Shown here one piece after another: positions 18,640-27,823 of a stretch of 64,000 nucleotides of DNA. Below the pieces are notes generated by a model. It saw nothing but the letters and a program-made list of their open reading frames with translations. It was not told the DNA's origin and did not search any database. This stretch comes from an uncultured virus (IMG/VR IMGVR_UViG_3300017991_000074) (lineage: Duplodnaviria; Heunggongvirae; Uroviricota; Caudoviricetes), in IMG/VR virus record IMGVR_UViG_3300017991_000074. One strand, 5' to 3'. Both the position numbers and the translations under genes were made by a program. How positions within the stretch are numbered: the stretch's first letter is position 1; the number at the start of each line of letters is the position of its first letter.

Positions 18640-19244
18640 TGGACCTCTCTCGAGTACTGGTTCTTTTCGCCGCGGTGCTTCTGCTGGGTGCGGACTGCGT
18701 GAGCGTTGGGCCCGAGGACAATGGGCGAATGGTGCGGGAGGGCAATGAGCTTCGGCCGGCGAGCCTCCCCTTCCAGGTGATCGTGGGGAGCACGGTGGAG
18801 CATCCTGATGGGGTGCGCGATGCCCTCGACATGATCAACGGCAGATTGGCGCCGGTGACCGCTTTCGACTCGGCTGTGGACTACGCCGAATTCGACCGGC
18901 TGTGGCCATTGGCTCCGGAGCTTCGGACTGGGACCGTGCTGGTCTGGCAGGGCTTTGTTGGAAGCTCGGGCTTGAACGATGCTGGGGAGGTCATCGATGA
19001 TCGGGGCGGGATAGTCCATCTGCTGTACGATGGAGAAGGGCTCATCTTGGCGGCGGACATCGTGATCAACTCGGACTACGGCTATGACCGCCAGACGGTT
19101 CGAGATGTGATGGCGCATGAGGCCGGCCATGTCCTTGGCCTGGCGCACGATGGTTCTTCGATGGACCAGGGGTCCTGCATGTCGGCTCCTCCGGAGTACG
19201 ACTGCTCCCTCACCGATGCAGATGTAGAGCTTTTTGGGCCGTGA
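18639..19244 (+). CDS. exported metzincin (matrixin-like) metalloprotease
   Basis: HEAGHVLGLAH zinc motif plus Met-turn (SCMS); hydrophobic N-terminus ending LGADC. Confidence 0.85.
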   Translation: MDLSRVLVLFAAVLLLGADCVSVGPEDNGRMVREGNELRPASLPFQVIVGSTVEHPDGVRDALDMINGRLAPVTAFDSAVDYAEFDRLWPLAPELRTGTVLVWQGFVGSSGLNDAGEVIDDRGGIVHLLYDGEGLILAADIVINSDYGYDRQTVRDVMAHEAGHVLGLAHDGSSMDQGSCMSAPPEYDCSLTDADVELFGP

Positions 19245-19440
19245 GTGGGGTCGTACAATCTTCGACAGAAATTCGGAAAGCGACCGATGTGATGCGGCGG
19301 CGCTGGAAGACGGATGTTCATCGCGTTCATCGAGCCTACATCGCGCCGGGTGTTTGGATGGTGGCGACTGAGGGGTATGTCGAACTGTCATTGCCAGATC
19401 CATTCATTGAGGTTGATACGCAGCACGAGAGGCGACCGAA

Positions 19441-19626
19441 ATGAACAAGCCACTGACGCTCCCCCAGATTGCAGAGCTGGCGAACTGCGAGGAGAGCGAT
19501 GTTCGACGGGCCATGCGTCGAGGAGAGCTCCCGGCTCAGGAGGCTTACGTTGTTCGGGACTGGCTTCGGGGCCGATGGGAGCGCCAGGTCCGACGCATGC
19601 TCAGAGAGGAGATGGGACGTGGGTAG
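19441..19626 (+). CDS. small HTH DNA-binding protein
   Basis: LTLPQIAELANCEESDVRRAMRRGELPA. Confidence 0.6.
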   Translation: MNKPLTLPQIAELANCEESDVRRAMRRGELPAQEAYVVRDWLRGRWERQVRRMLREEMGRG

Positions 19627-20032
19627 GAAACAGACTCCGGAGACCAAGGCGAAGATCAGTGAGAGCGTGAAGCGTCGATTGGAGCAGAAGAAGATGGAGG
19701 TCAGCGATGCTCGAGCTCGGGAGCTGGCCGGCCACTTCGCCACCGGCCATCCCGACAAGAAGATGCCCGAGCGGGTGCGCAACTACGGCGACATGGCTCG
19801 AGCTGAGGGGAAGGTTCCGGAGCGTCGCGAGAAGAAGTCCCCCAGTCAAGAGGAACGGGAGGAACGGGCAAACACGACGGCGGAGAAACTCGGACTTCGT
19901 CGCGCGGGTGACATAAAAGGCCGCAAGGAAGGTGAGCCTGGTGGTAAAGTAGAGGCGTCGAGCATGAGTGCTCCGGGGCTCTCTCCCAAGGAGATGACGT
20001 CTCTCGGATTCACGCCGACGCAAGGGAGGTAG
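19619..20032 (+). CDS. basic protein with NUMOD3-like motif
   Basis: GRKQTPETKAKISES; GTG start after GAGGAG. Confidence 0.55.
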   Translation: MGRKQTPETKAKISESVKRRLEQKKMEVSDARARELAGHFATGHPDKKMPERVRNYGDMARAEGKVPERREKKSPSQEEREERANTTAEKLGLRRAGDIKGRKEGEPGGKVEASSMSAPGLSPKEMTSLGFTPTQGR

Positions 20033-20038
20033 GCTCAC

Positions 20039-21652
20039 ATGGCGGTTTCCCCGGCGAATACCAAGCTCTACTCGATGTTCGATGGAATCTTCCACACGAG
20101 TTTGACGCTGGACCATCAGCGAAGGATTGAGGCTTATCGACGGTATTGGATGTACTACCTGTCGAAGCATTGGAGCTATTCGCGAGATGACGGGGAACCG
20201 CTCATCACGATCAACTACGCCAGACGGTTGCTTGACATTCTCAACGACTTCACTTTCAAGAAGGGGTTCAAGAATGTCATTCCCGACGACCCGGCGACGA
20301 AGGGCAACGAGCAAGAGGATCGGGAGTTTGTTCGTCACATGCTCGACGAGACGTGGCGTCGAAATCACAAAGATCTCTGGCTGATAGAAGCGGCGCAACA
20401 GGGCGGAGTGACCGGTGATGTATTCGCTCGAGTTTCGTGGGAGAAGAACGATCCGCTCGAGGAGCCCTATGCTCGAGTCGACGTGATTCCCGCACATCTG
20501 TGCTTCCCCGAAACAGGTGGTCCGACTGGAGTGGATCGAAAGAAGCTCACGAGGATGATTATCCTCAATCCGGTCTATGAGGAGACGCGCACCAATCCGC
20601 CGAGCATGGGGATGTTTGCGCCACATCCCGCATTTTCGATTGGCGGGATAACGCCTGGTCGAAAGGAGCTGGTGATCTATGGCGAGGAGTGGATCGCTGC
20701 GGTCATCAAGGACGGGGAGGTTGTCTCGCCGGCGAGGATTCGGAAGTACCGCAACGCCGATCTCATCAGTGATGAGGTGAACGAGCTCGGTGAGATTCCG
20801 GTTGTGCACATCGCGAATTATCCCTTGTCTGGAGAGTTCTTCGGGCTGAGCGATATGGTGGATGTGTGTGAGTTGAACCGAGAGTACAACGAGAAGTCCA
20901 CCGACATTTCCGACATCATCAACTACCACGGATCGCCGATGACCGTGGTGTCGGGGGCAAAGCTCAAGGACCTAGAGAAGGGCGCGAATCGAGTCTGGGC
21001 GATGCCTGCGGGAGCGACGGTTGAGAATCTGGAAATGTCTGGGGACCTCGGGGCCGCGGTCACTCAGAAGGATTCGCTCAAGCTGTCGATGATGGAGCTG
21101 ATGGGAGTTCCGGAACAGGCCATGGGGAAGTTCCAGGGGCTGGGCAATGTTTCTGGTGTAGCTCTGGCGATTCAGTACATGCCGCTGATGGAGAAGCGGA
21201 CGATGAAGACGTTGACCTACGGATTGGGTTTTCGGCTCATCAACCGGCTCATCATGAAGGTGACGGAGTTGGGGGACTCGAAATTTGGAGCCAAGATGGA
21301 AGAGCTCGAGGGGAACAAGTATCGGAACGAGGTGGTGTTCCCCAATCCCATGCCCCAGGACGAGGCCGCCGAGCTGGAGAAGAGTAGGGCTCGGCTTGAC
21401 CTTCGACTCACAACTCGGCGCAAGGAGCTCGAGAGGATGGGTCATTCGCAAGCCGAGATCGATGCGATTTTGCAGGGGAGCATGGAGGAGCTTCTGGAGG
21501 AAACCGAGACGCTGTTCGATGCGAATCTTTCGGGTCGCGGGCAGAACCAGAACATGCGTGGTGGAGTTCCTGAGGTTCGAGGCGCGAAGGTCAGCGCGAC
21601 AGCTGCGAAGAAATCCCCGAGTATCGGAGCGCCTTCCGGCAGCTCTAAGTAG
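20039..21652 (+). CDS. portal protein (SPP1 gp6-like)
   Basis: 537 aa downstream of TerL; INYARR, LGEIPVVHIAN, NVSGVAL, VVFPNPMP. Confidence 0.88.
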   Translation: MAVSPANTKLYSMFDGIFHTSLTLDHQRRIEAYRRYWMYYLSKHWSYSRDDGEPLITINYARRLLDILNDFTFKKGFKNVIPDDPATKGNEQEDREFVRHMLDETWRRNHKDLWLIEAAQQGGVTGDVFARVSWEKNDPLEEPYARVDVIPAHLCFPETGGPTGVDRKKLTRMIILNPVYEETRTNPPSMGMFAPHPAFSIGGITPGRKELVIYGEEWIAAVIKDGEVVSPARIRKYRNADLISDEVNELGEIPVVHIANYPLSGEFFGLSDMVDVCELNREYNEKSTDISDIINYHGSPMTVVSGAKLKDLEKGANRVWAMPAGATVENLEMSGDLGAAVTQKDSLKLSMMELMGVPEQAMGKFQGLGNVSGVALAIQYMPLMEKRTMKTLTYGLGFRLINRLIMKVTELGDSKFGAKMEELEGNKYRNEVVFPNPMPQDEAAELEKSRARLDLRLTTRRKELERMGHSQAEIDAILQGSMEELLEETETLFDANLSGRGQNQNMRGGVPEVRGAKVSATAAKKSPSIGAPSGSSK

Positions 21653-21654
21653 TC

Positions 21655-22827
21655 ATGGCCAAGAAGCTCCGACCGCTATTCGGCCAGATCGTTCCTGACG
21701 CTGAGCCCGCGTCCATTCAGCTCATCCATGCTGGAGATACCCACCTCGCGGATGAACGAGCTCGGCTCTTTCGTGCCTGGGCTACCGATCAGCGAGCTCT
21801 ACGAGCACCGCTTGTGCGATCCGAACGGATCTTGATTGATCGGGTTGCGCAGGCAGGCTTCAATCCAGATGGAACGAGGTTGACGCCGACGAGTAGGCGT
21901 GCTGTGGAACAGGCGATCCGGGATGAGATGCGTGACGCTTTCCACGACATGGAGTCGGTGATTGATCAGCGCGTGAGAGTAGCTGTTCGACGGTCTCGCG
22001 GAATACAAATGACCCAGATTGATAAGCTCGGTCTTCCGCCTCTGGACTCCACAACGAGGCAGCAGATTGAGCAGACGGCCGTCGAGCTTCTGGATGCGGA
22101 ATTTCCGGCTGGTTCGGGACTGTCGTATCGGCAGAGGTTGCGGCGTATTCGGCAACAGCGCACGGCTCAGATGATGCGTGTGGTTCGACGAAGCTATGCC
22201 GATGGGGATGCGCAAGCAGAGATCGCTCAAGAGTTCAACCGAACCTTGTCGTACTTTCGACCTGGAACTCCAATTCGTGGAGGAACGACGTACAAGCAGA
22301 TGCGTCGGTTGATGGTTGCTGAGGAGACTCGGTTGGCCAACGCGGTGGAGATTGTGACTCTCCAGGCTTCGGGCATCCGCTTTGCTTATTGGCGATTGAA
22401 TCCTACACATCGGTGGTACGGCGGCAAGGAGATTTGCGAGGTTCATGCTTCTCGAGTGAGTGCTGAAACGGTTGGTCGGCTTGAGCGTTCGGGAGTGCCG
22501 CTTGACGGAATCTCTCTCGAGGGATTGTATCCGATTGATCGGTATCCGACGTATCCCCATCCTTTCTGTAAGTGCTATCCGGAGCCTTGGATGTTGCCAG
22601 AACAGCGGCGAGAAGTTGATCAGCGTCGGCGTGAAGTCGAGGCAGCGGCAAGAGAGTTGCAGCTTGCCGTTGAGGGAGAAGAACGTCGGCAACGGGAGTT
22701 CGAGTTGGAGCGACGAGAGCAGATTTTGGCGGAGGCTCAAGGGACTCTTGGTCGTTTTGAGGTCAGTAGCACAGACGCAATAAAAACGGCCATGTACCGA
22801 CTTTTTGGGTTGCTTGGAAAAGCGTAG
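21655..22827 (+). CDS. MuF / SPP1 gp7-like minor head protein
   Basis: follows portal; RLMVAEE...ICE...YPHPFCKC motif. Confidence 0.7.
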   Translation: MAKKLRPLFGQIVPDAEPASIQLIHAGDTHLADERARLFRAWATDQRALRAPLVRSERILIDRVAQAGFNPDGTRLTPTSRRAVEQAIRDEMRDAFHDMESVIDQRVRVAVRRSRGIQMTQIDKLGLPPLDSTTRQQIEQTAVELLDAEFPAGSGLSYRQRLRRIRQQRTAQMMRVVRRSYADGDAQAEIAQEFNRTLSYFRPGTPIRGGTTYKQMRRLMVAEETRLANAVEIVTLQASGIRFAYWRLNPTHRWYGGKEICEVHASRVSAETVGRLERSGVPLDGISLEGLYPIDRYPTYPHPFCKCYPEPWMLPEQRREVDQRRREVEAAARELQLAVEGEERRQREFELERREQILAEAQGTLGRFEVSSTDAIKTAMYRLFGLLGKA

Positions 22828-22841
22828 ATGAAAGCCGACGG

Positions 22842-22870
22842 TTGATCGTTATGCTTTCTCCGAGTAATCT
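22842..22870 (+). promoter_or_regulatory. putative promoter of the capsid operon
   Basis: TTGATC-N17-TAATCT. Confidence 0.45.
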
Positions 22871-22941
22871 CATTAGGAACAAGGAGCTTGACTTGAGAGC
22901 GGTTTCATTCGATTCTGCTTTCAGCTCCAAAGGAGGATTCG

Positions 22942-23139
22942 ATGGGAACCAACAGTGCAGGTCAGGTCGGCGGCGGCAACGAGGGGCAGACCGACATGGG
23001 TCGGGGCTCCAAGATGGAGTTCTCCTACTCCAAGAGCGGCCGGAAAACCGGTCGGATCGGCGGAGGCGGTCGGTCGAGCGCCAACACCGTCGAGCCCGAT
23101 TCCAACAAGCGTTCTGTGAGCGACCCTCGGCTGGCCTAG
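22942..23139 (+). CDS. small Gly/Ser-rich protein
   Basis: AAGGAGG Shine-Dalgarno; capsid-like codon bias. Confidence 0.65.
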   Translation: MGTNSAGQVGGGNEGQTDMGRGSKMEFSYSKSGRKTGRIGGGGRSSANTVEPDSNKRSVSDPRLA

Positions 23140-23174
23140 CCAGTCGAAACACCGCAACAACCTAAGAGGAAGAC

Positions 23175-23978
23175 ATGGCCACAAAAGCAGAAAAAGCAGG
23201 CGACACGGCAGCTGGGAAGACGACGCCCATCGACCCCCAGTCGGTGGATGCGGCTTCGCAGAAGACGCAGCAAGGCATCTCGGAAAAGGACGTGGAACCC
23301 GCGACCCCGGGCGATCCCGGAGTCCCCAGGTCAGAGCATGTTCAGGCTCTCGAGAAGGCACGGTCCGAGGAGAAGAAGAAGCTGTATCCGGACCTCGAGC
23401 GTCTACGGCAGGAGAAGACCGAAGGGGCCGCCAGGATCGAGGAGTTGCAGAGCGAGCTCGCCGCCAAGCATTCTGAGGTGGAAGCCTTGCGCGTCGGCGA
23501 GATGGAGAAGTCAGAGTCCGTCAACAAAGAGCTTCGTGAGCTACAGGAGAAAAACCTGAAGCTCGAGGCGGCCATCGAGGCAGTGGCGGAGAGCGCCGCG
23601 GCCAGAATTCGGGCTTCCGAGCTGTCGGCATATCGCGAGAAGGCGATCGCAGCTGCCGGCTTGGACCAGCTCGAGGCTCTAGTAGCTGGTGGGTCGGTCG
23701 AAGAGATCGACGCATCGGTGGCTGCGGCGAAGGAGAAGGAACTGGCGATTCTCGAGAAGGCGCGAGCAGAGGTTCGCACCCAGATCGCCAAGACCCTCCC
23801 CGAGCCGATTTCGCCGGACGGAACAGCTGGGCGTGGGACCTCACCGGGGATCACGCCGCTGAAGAAGGTTGAAGGCGAAGCTGAAAGGGGCGGAGTACCG
23901 GGCATTGCGGGAACAGCTCCTTCGAGAGGCGAAACAACAGGCTGGGCTACCGTAGGAACTGGGGTCCTACGAGGCTGA
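23175..23978 (+). CDS. capsid scaffolding protein (C-terminus probably frameshifted; alternative stop at 23955)
   Basis: acidic coiled coil immediately upstream of the major capsid gene. Confidence 0.75.
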   Translation: MATKAEKAGDTAAGKTTPIDPQSVDAASQKTQQGISEKDVEPATPGDPGVPRSEHVQALEKARSEEKKKLYPDLERLRQEKTEGAARIEELQSELAAKHSEVEALRVGEMEKSESVNKELRELQEKNLKLEAAIEAVAESAAARIRASELSAYREKAIAAAGLDQLEALVAGGSVEEIDASVAAAKEKELAILEKARAEVRTQIAKTLPEPISPDGTAGRGTSPGITPLKKVEGEAERGGVPGIAGTAPSRGETTGWATVGTGVLRG

Positions 23979-24002
23979 GCCGCAAAGAGAAGAGAGGGAA
24001 CT

Positions 24003-24962
24003 ATGGCCTTTTCCGGTGTCCATACCGCGGGCGATTTCGTCGCACTGCCCCAGGCGATCCTCGATGTCTATTCGATGGACATCCTCCACGAGGCGCTCGG
24101 GATCATGCGCTTCGAGGAGTTTGCGGTGAAGAAGACCGAGCTGACGGCTCAGCCCGGTCAGACCATCAACTTCACGCGCTACAACAACATCACGCGGGGC
24201 GGTCAGCTCGACGAAGAGACCGAGATGACCGAACGCACGATGAGCGCGTCCCAGCAGGGCGTGAGCGTCACGGAGTGGGGCAACGCGATCGGCGTGTCCG
24301 AGAAGCTGCTCCAGCTCTCCTACGACGACGTCCTCGCTGAGGCGGCAGTTCTGCTCGGGCGGGACTATGCCGTGGTCAACGACCTCATGTGCCGCGACGC
24401 ACTCGCCGGCGCAACCCAGCTGCTCTACGCCGGGGCCCAGACCTCCAGGGCGGCCCTGATTGGCGGCACCGACTACTTCGATGTCGAGCTTATCCGGCGT
24501 GGCGTGGAGATCCTGCAGACGACGAACGCCCCGAAGTTCAACGGCGATTTCTACATCTGCTTCCTCCACCCCCATCAGGCGGCGTACCTGAAGCGCGACC
24601 CCGACTGGGTCTCGGCGAACAACTACGCCAACACCCGCGCGCTGTTCAACGGCGAGCTCGGTCGCTGGGAAGACACCGTCTTCATCGGCACCACGCATTG
24701 CCGCAACGGCGCAGCGGCGACCACGGACCCCGGCTATCTCGCAGCCCTGGTCAACGCGGCCACGGGTGGAGCGGCCAACGCTCACGTCTACGAGGCAATG
24801 CTCTTCGCTGACTCGGCCTACGCCAAGGCGACGGCGCTGCCCGTCGAGCTCCGCGATGACGGTGTCCGCGACTTCGGCCGGAAGCACGGCCTGGCGTGGT
24901 ACGGCATCATGGGGTGCGGTCTCCTCGAGGACGACTTCGTCGTCAAGATCGAGACCGTATAG
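24003..24962 (+). CDS. major capsid protein (N4 gp56-like)
   Basis: 319 aa; GQTINFTRY, EWGNAI, FLHPHQ, NGELGR, DFGRKHGLAWY; strongest codon bias. Confidence 0.9.
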   Translation: MAFSGVHTAGDFVALPQAILDVYSMDILHEALGIMRFEEFAVKKTELTAQPGQTINFTRYNNITRGGQLDEETEMTERTMSASQQGVSVTEWGNAIGVSEKLLQLSYDDVLAEAAVLLGRDYAVVNDLMCRDALAGATQLLYAGAQTSRAALIGGTDYFDVELIRRGVEILQTTNAPKFNGDFYICFLHPHQAAYLKRDPDWVSANNYANTRALFNGELGRWEDTVFIGTTHCRNGAAATTDPGYLAALVNAATGGAANAHVYEAMLFADSAYAKATALPVELRDDGVRDFGRKHGLAWYGIMGCGLLEDDFVVKIETV

Positions 24963-24986
24963 CTGCAACGGTGAAAGGAGGCTGAC

Positions 24987-25277
24987 GTGGCTGGAAAGAA
25001 GTCATCGAGCAAGAAGCCGTCGAAGAGCGACGAAAAAGTCGAGTCGGCGGTTTCTGAGAAGAAGCCTGCCCCTTCCAAGGCTGAGCCGAAGAAGGAGAAG
25101 GCCGCGCCTCCGAGGGCCATCCCCTCCCAGGGCGTCACCGAGCTGGTCACGGCGAAAGCCTTGGTCACGAAGAACAAGTATGTCATCAACCGGTGGTGGA
25201 AGCTCCAGAAGGGGCAGGACTTCACCGCGCCGCGTGTGGTGATCGACGTTTTCCGCAAGGCGGGTTTCGTCGAGTAG
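24987..25277 (+). CDS. Lys-rich small protein after capsid
   Basis: AAGGAGG before GTG. Confidence 0.65.
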   Translation: MAGKKSSSKKPSKSDEKVESAVSEKKPAPSKAEPKKEKAAPPRAIPSQGVTELVTAKALVTKNKYVINRWWKLQKGQDFTAPRVVIDVFRKAGFVE

Positions 25278-25315
25278 ACGTGGCATCCTCTGCCCGAACT
25301 TGATACTCTTAGTTC

Positions 25316-26101
25316 GTGGCCACCGAAGCACAAGTCATAGATCGAGTTCGTCGTTTGGTGGCGGACTTTGATCCACAAACCTACAACGATGACTTCTACA
25401 CCGATGCGATTCAGTTCGCTTTGGAGAAGCTGAGCTTCGACTTCGATACCAGCTACACAACGGTGGCGGTGGTCCCGGTCAAGCATACGTTTCTTCTTGT
25501 CAAGCTCGCGACCATTCACATGTGTTTCATCCGGGCCTCGCAGGGTGCGGAAGGAGAGAGCGAGGAAGGTGAGGAGACTCGGTTCACGAATATAGCCGTT
25601 CCGGACCTGTCCATCACGGACGGAAATGATGGCGAGAGTCGAGGTCCCTCTTACTGGATCAAGCTTGCGGACAAGCTTCAGGAGGAGTACGACGGAGAGC
25701 TCGGCGACGGAGGAGCTGCGAACCAGAACACGGGCGGCCTGATTGAAAGCGGGTTTGCTCGACGCATATCGCTGACGCATGGCGGCTATGCGAAGCGCAA
25801 CCTTGATCCTGGACTGGATGCGGTTACGGTTGGAGATCCTCCAACGGTTGACGGCACGAGTATCAAGGTTGAATGGACCAAGCTCCAGGTTGAGGGCTTC
25901 CTGTACTACGAGGTTGTTCGGTCTCCGACAGCAGTCTTTGATGATGACACTGAAGTGGTGGTTCATCGGGAGGCCGACATTCACATAGAGGAGTATACCG
26001 AAACAGGTGTTTCGGTTGGAACGTGGTACTACATGGTTCGGACAGTAAATCCGAATCATCTGGCGACTGACAGCAACGTGGTTTCTGCCACAGTGGTCTG
26101 A
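25316..26101 (+). CDS. head-tail adaptor with C-terminal fibronectin-III-like domain
   Basis: position; IDRVRRLVAD N-terminus; VEW...YYEVVRS...WYYMVRTV FN3 pattern. Confidence 0.65.
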   Translation: MATEAQVIDRVRRLVADFDPQTYNDDFYTDAIQFALEKLSFDFDTSYTTVAVVPVKHTFLLVKLATIHMCFIRASQGAEGESEEGEETRFTNIAVPDLSITDGNDGESRGPSYWIKLADKLQEEYDGELGDGGAANQNTGGLIESGFARRISLTHGGYAKRNLDPGLDAVTVGDPPTVDGTSIKVEWTKLQVEGFLYYEVVRSPTAVFDDDTEVVVHREADIHIEEYTETGVSVGTWYYMVRTVNPNHLATDSNVVSATVV

Positions 26102-26102
26102 T

Positions 26103-26525
26103 ATGGCGACAGCTCAAGAGATACGGATCGAGGCGTACGTCGATAAGATTCTTCGACGGTACCGAACCACGGCGATCACGTATCTCCCCTACACCTCGGG
26201 CGCACTGGACGTTTACAAGCAGAGGACTCGAACCTACGGAACAGCTGTTGACCTTGTGGGTCGTGCGATTCTTCAGCCGACACCGGAGAAGCTCACGGTT
26301 ATCGGCAACGATGAGCAGTACGACATCGCGTTTCTTTTCAGTCGAACGGAGATGGAGGCAAAGTTTCCCGCCCTCAGTGAGGGGGAGTGGATGGAGGTTA
26401 CCGGCGAGATGACGTGGTGGAACCGGAGGTACCGTATCGTCAAGGTCGCGCCGACAGGTCAGGTTGGGGAGAGGTTTCTCTTGGTCGTAGTTCTGGCCAA
26501 TACGATTCAGGGAGCTCGAGACTGA
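26103..26525 (+). CDS. head closure / neck protein
   Basis: synteny and size. Confidence 0.55.
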   Translation: MATAQEIRIEAYVDKILRRYRTTAITYLPYTSGALDVYKQRTRTYGTAVDLVGRAILQPTPEKLTVIGNDEQYDIAFLFSRTEMEAKFPALSEGEWMEVTGEMTWWNRRYRIVKVAPTGQVGERFLLVVVLANTIQGARD

Positions 26526-27001
26526 TGCCTGTAGGGAAGTACGGCGATTGGGACCAGCTCCGGCAGTGGCAACGGCGCATGGAATCCAAGGCGTACAAGA
26601 CTCGATTCGATCGATATCTTCGAGTATTGGGTCGGGAGATTTCTGACCGCGTGAAGCACCATATTCGAGCGCAGGATCTTGGATGGACTCCGCTGTCCCC
26701 GGTTACGATTCGGCGAAAAGGCAGCGATACGGTTTACGTTGAAACTGGGGAGTACTACCGAAAGATTCGAGCGAAGCTGACGGCGGGAATGGGCGAGAAA
26801 TTGCGCGTCGTGGTTGCCACTCAAGGGCGTCATTTGTCGGGTATGGACATGCAGGAGCTGGCCAGGATTTTGGAGTACGGTACCAGCACGAATCGAGCTC
26901 GACCCTTGTGGCGGCCGACCTTCGCGGAACTGGACAATCTGCCCTCGATACGGCGATTGAAGGATCTGGGGGCAGTTTTTGACTTTGGGGCTGGAGGATG
27001 A
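26525..27001 (+). CDS. tail completion / virion morphogenesis protein
   Basis: WTPLSPVTIRRKG and LEYGT...ARPLWRP motifs. Confidence 0.7.
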   Translation: MPVGKYGDWDQLRQWQRRMESKAYKTRFDRYLRVLGREISDRVKHHIRAQDLGWTPLSPVTIRRKGSDTVYVETGEYYRKIRAKLTAGMGEKLRVVVATQGRHLSGMDMQELARILEYGTSTNRARPLWRPTFAELDNLPSIRRLKDLGAVFDFGAGG

Positions 27002-27693
27002 CAGCCGTTTCGATCCCAGAGGTGGATATCGCCCTGGTCTCTCGATACTCGGGGATCATGGTTGATGTCGCGGGAACTCCGACGGCGGTCATCGTATTTG
27101 CCGAGGAGCCGTTGTCTGAGGAGTACCCGGAACGGGTCTATCCGTCGATAGCGTTCAAGCTCATGGCGATCAATTTTGACGCGGCCAGAGCTCATAGCGA
27201 TGACGACGATGAGGAGGAGACCGCGTACAACGACGTCCTGTCTCCTCCAGAACGAACGATGCGACTTCGGCCGTCCCCCTTCACGTTGACCTACAGTTTG
27301 GACACTTGGCACAAGGTTCGAGTTGGGGAGAGTCGGGATCTGTTGAGGTTGGCCGTCATCGAAAGAACGCATCCGCGGGGATACATCAGCGTCACGGACG
27401 TAGATTCTGGAACGGAAACTTGTTGGGTTTCATGGTCGGGCGGCGTCGCTGAGAACGACGAGATTCACGAGGATTTCGTGATCTATCATAAGTCGTTGAC
27501 GCTAAACGTCGAGGTGGACTTGCTCACCGATCCTTCCACCCGTGACGTGAAGGTCGTGACTGATGCGATCTGGCGTATGTACGGGAGAAGGCACAAGCTC
27601 GATGCCACTGGTCGGGACATCGAAGTGATTGCCGGCGAGAAGGTTCTTTTTGGTGGGATGCGCATCACTGAAACAGACATCGAACCGGAATGA
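26998..27693 (+). CDS. tail terminator-like protein
   Basis: position before sheath; YPSIAF motif. Confidence 0.55.
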   Translation: MTAVSIPEVDIALVSRYSGIMVDVAGTPTAVIVFAEEPLSEEYPERVYPSIAFKLMAINFDAARAHSDDDDEEETAYNDVLSPPERTMRLRPSPFTLTYSLDTWHKVRVGESRDLLRLAVIERTHPRGYISVTDVDSGTETCWVSWSGGVAENDEIHEDFVIYHKSLTLNVEVDLLTDPSTRDVKVVTDAIWRMYGRRHKLDATGRDIEVIAGEKVLFGGMRITETDIEPE

Positions 27694-27697
27694 ATGC

Positions 27698-27726
27698 TTC
27701 ACCATCCTATGGTGATGTTGTATGCT
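27698..27726 (+). promoter_or_regulatory. putative promoter of the tail operon
   Basis: TTCACC-N17-TATGCT with palindrome TCACCAT-cct-ATGGTGA over the -35 and spacer. Confidence 0.5.
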
Positions 27727-27823
27727 GCGGCAAGTGGCGCAAAAGACTCAATCCTGCTCCAGCAATGGATACGCCACCAAAAGCACCTGGAGTGGGTGCA
27801 TGAAAACTAAGGAGGAGTAGGAC

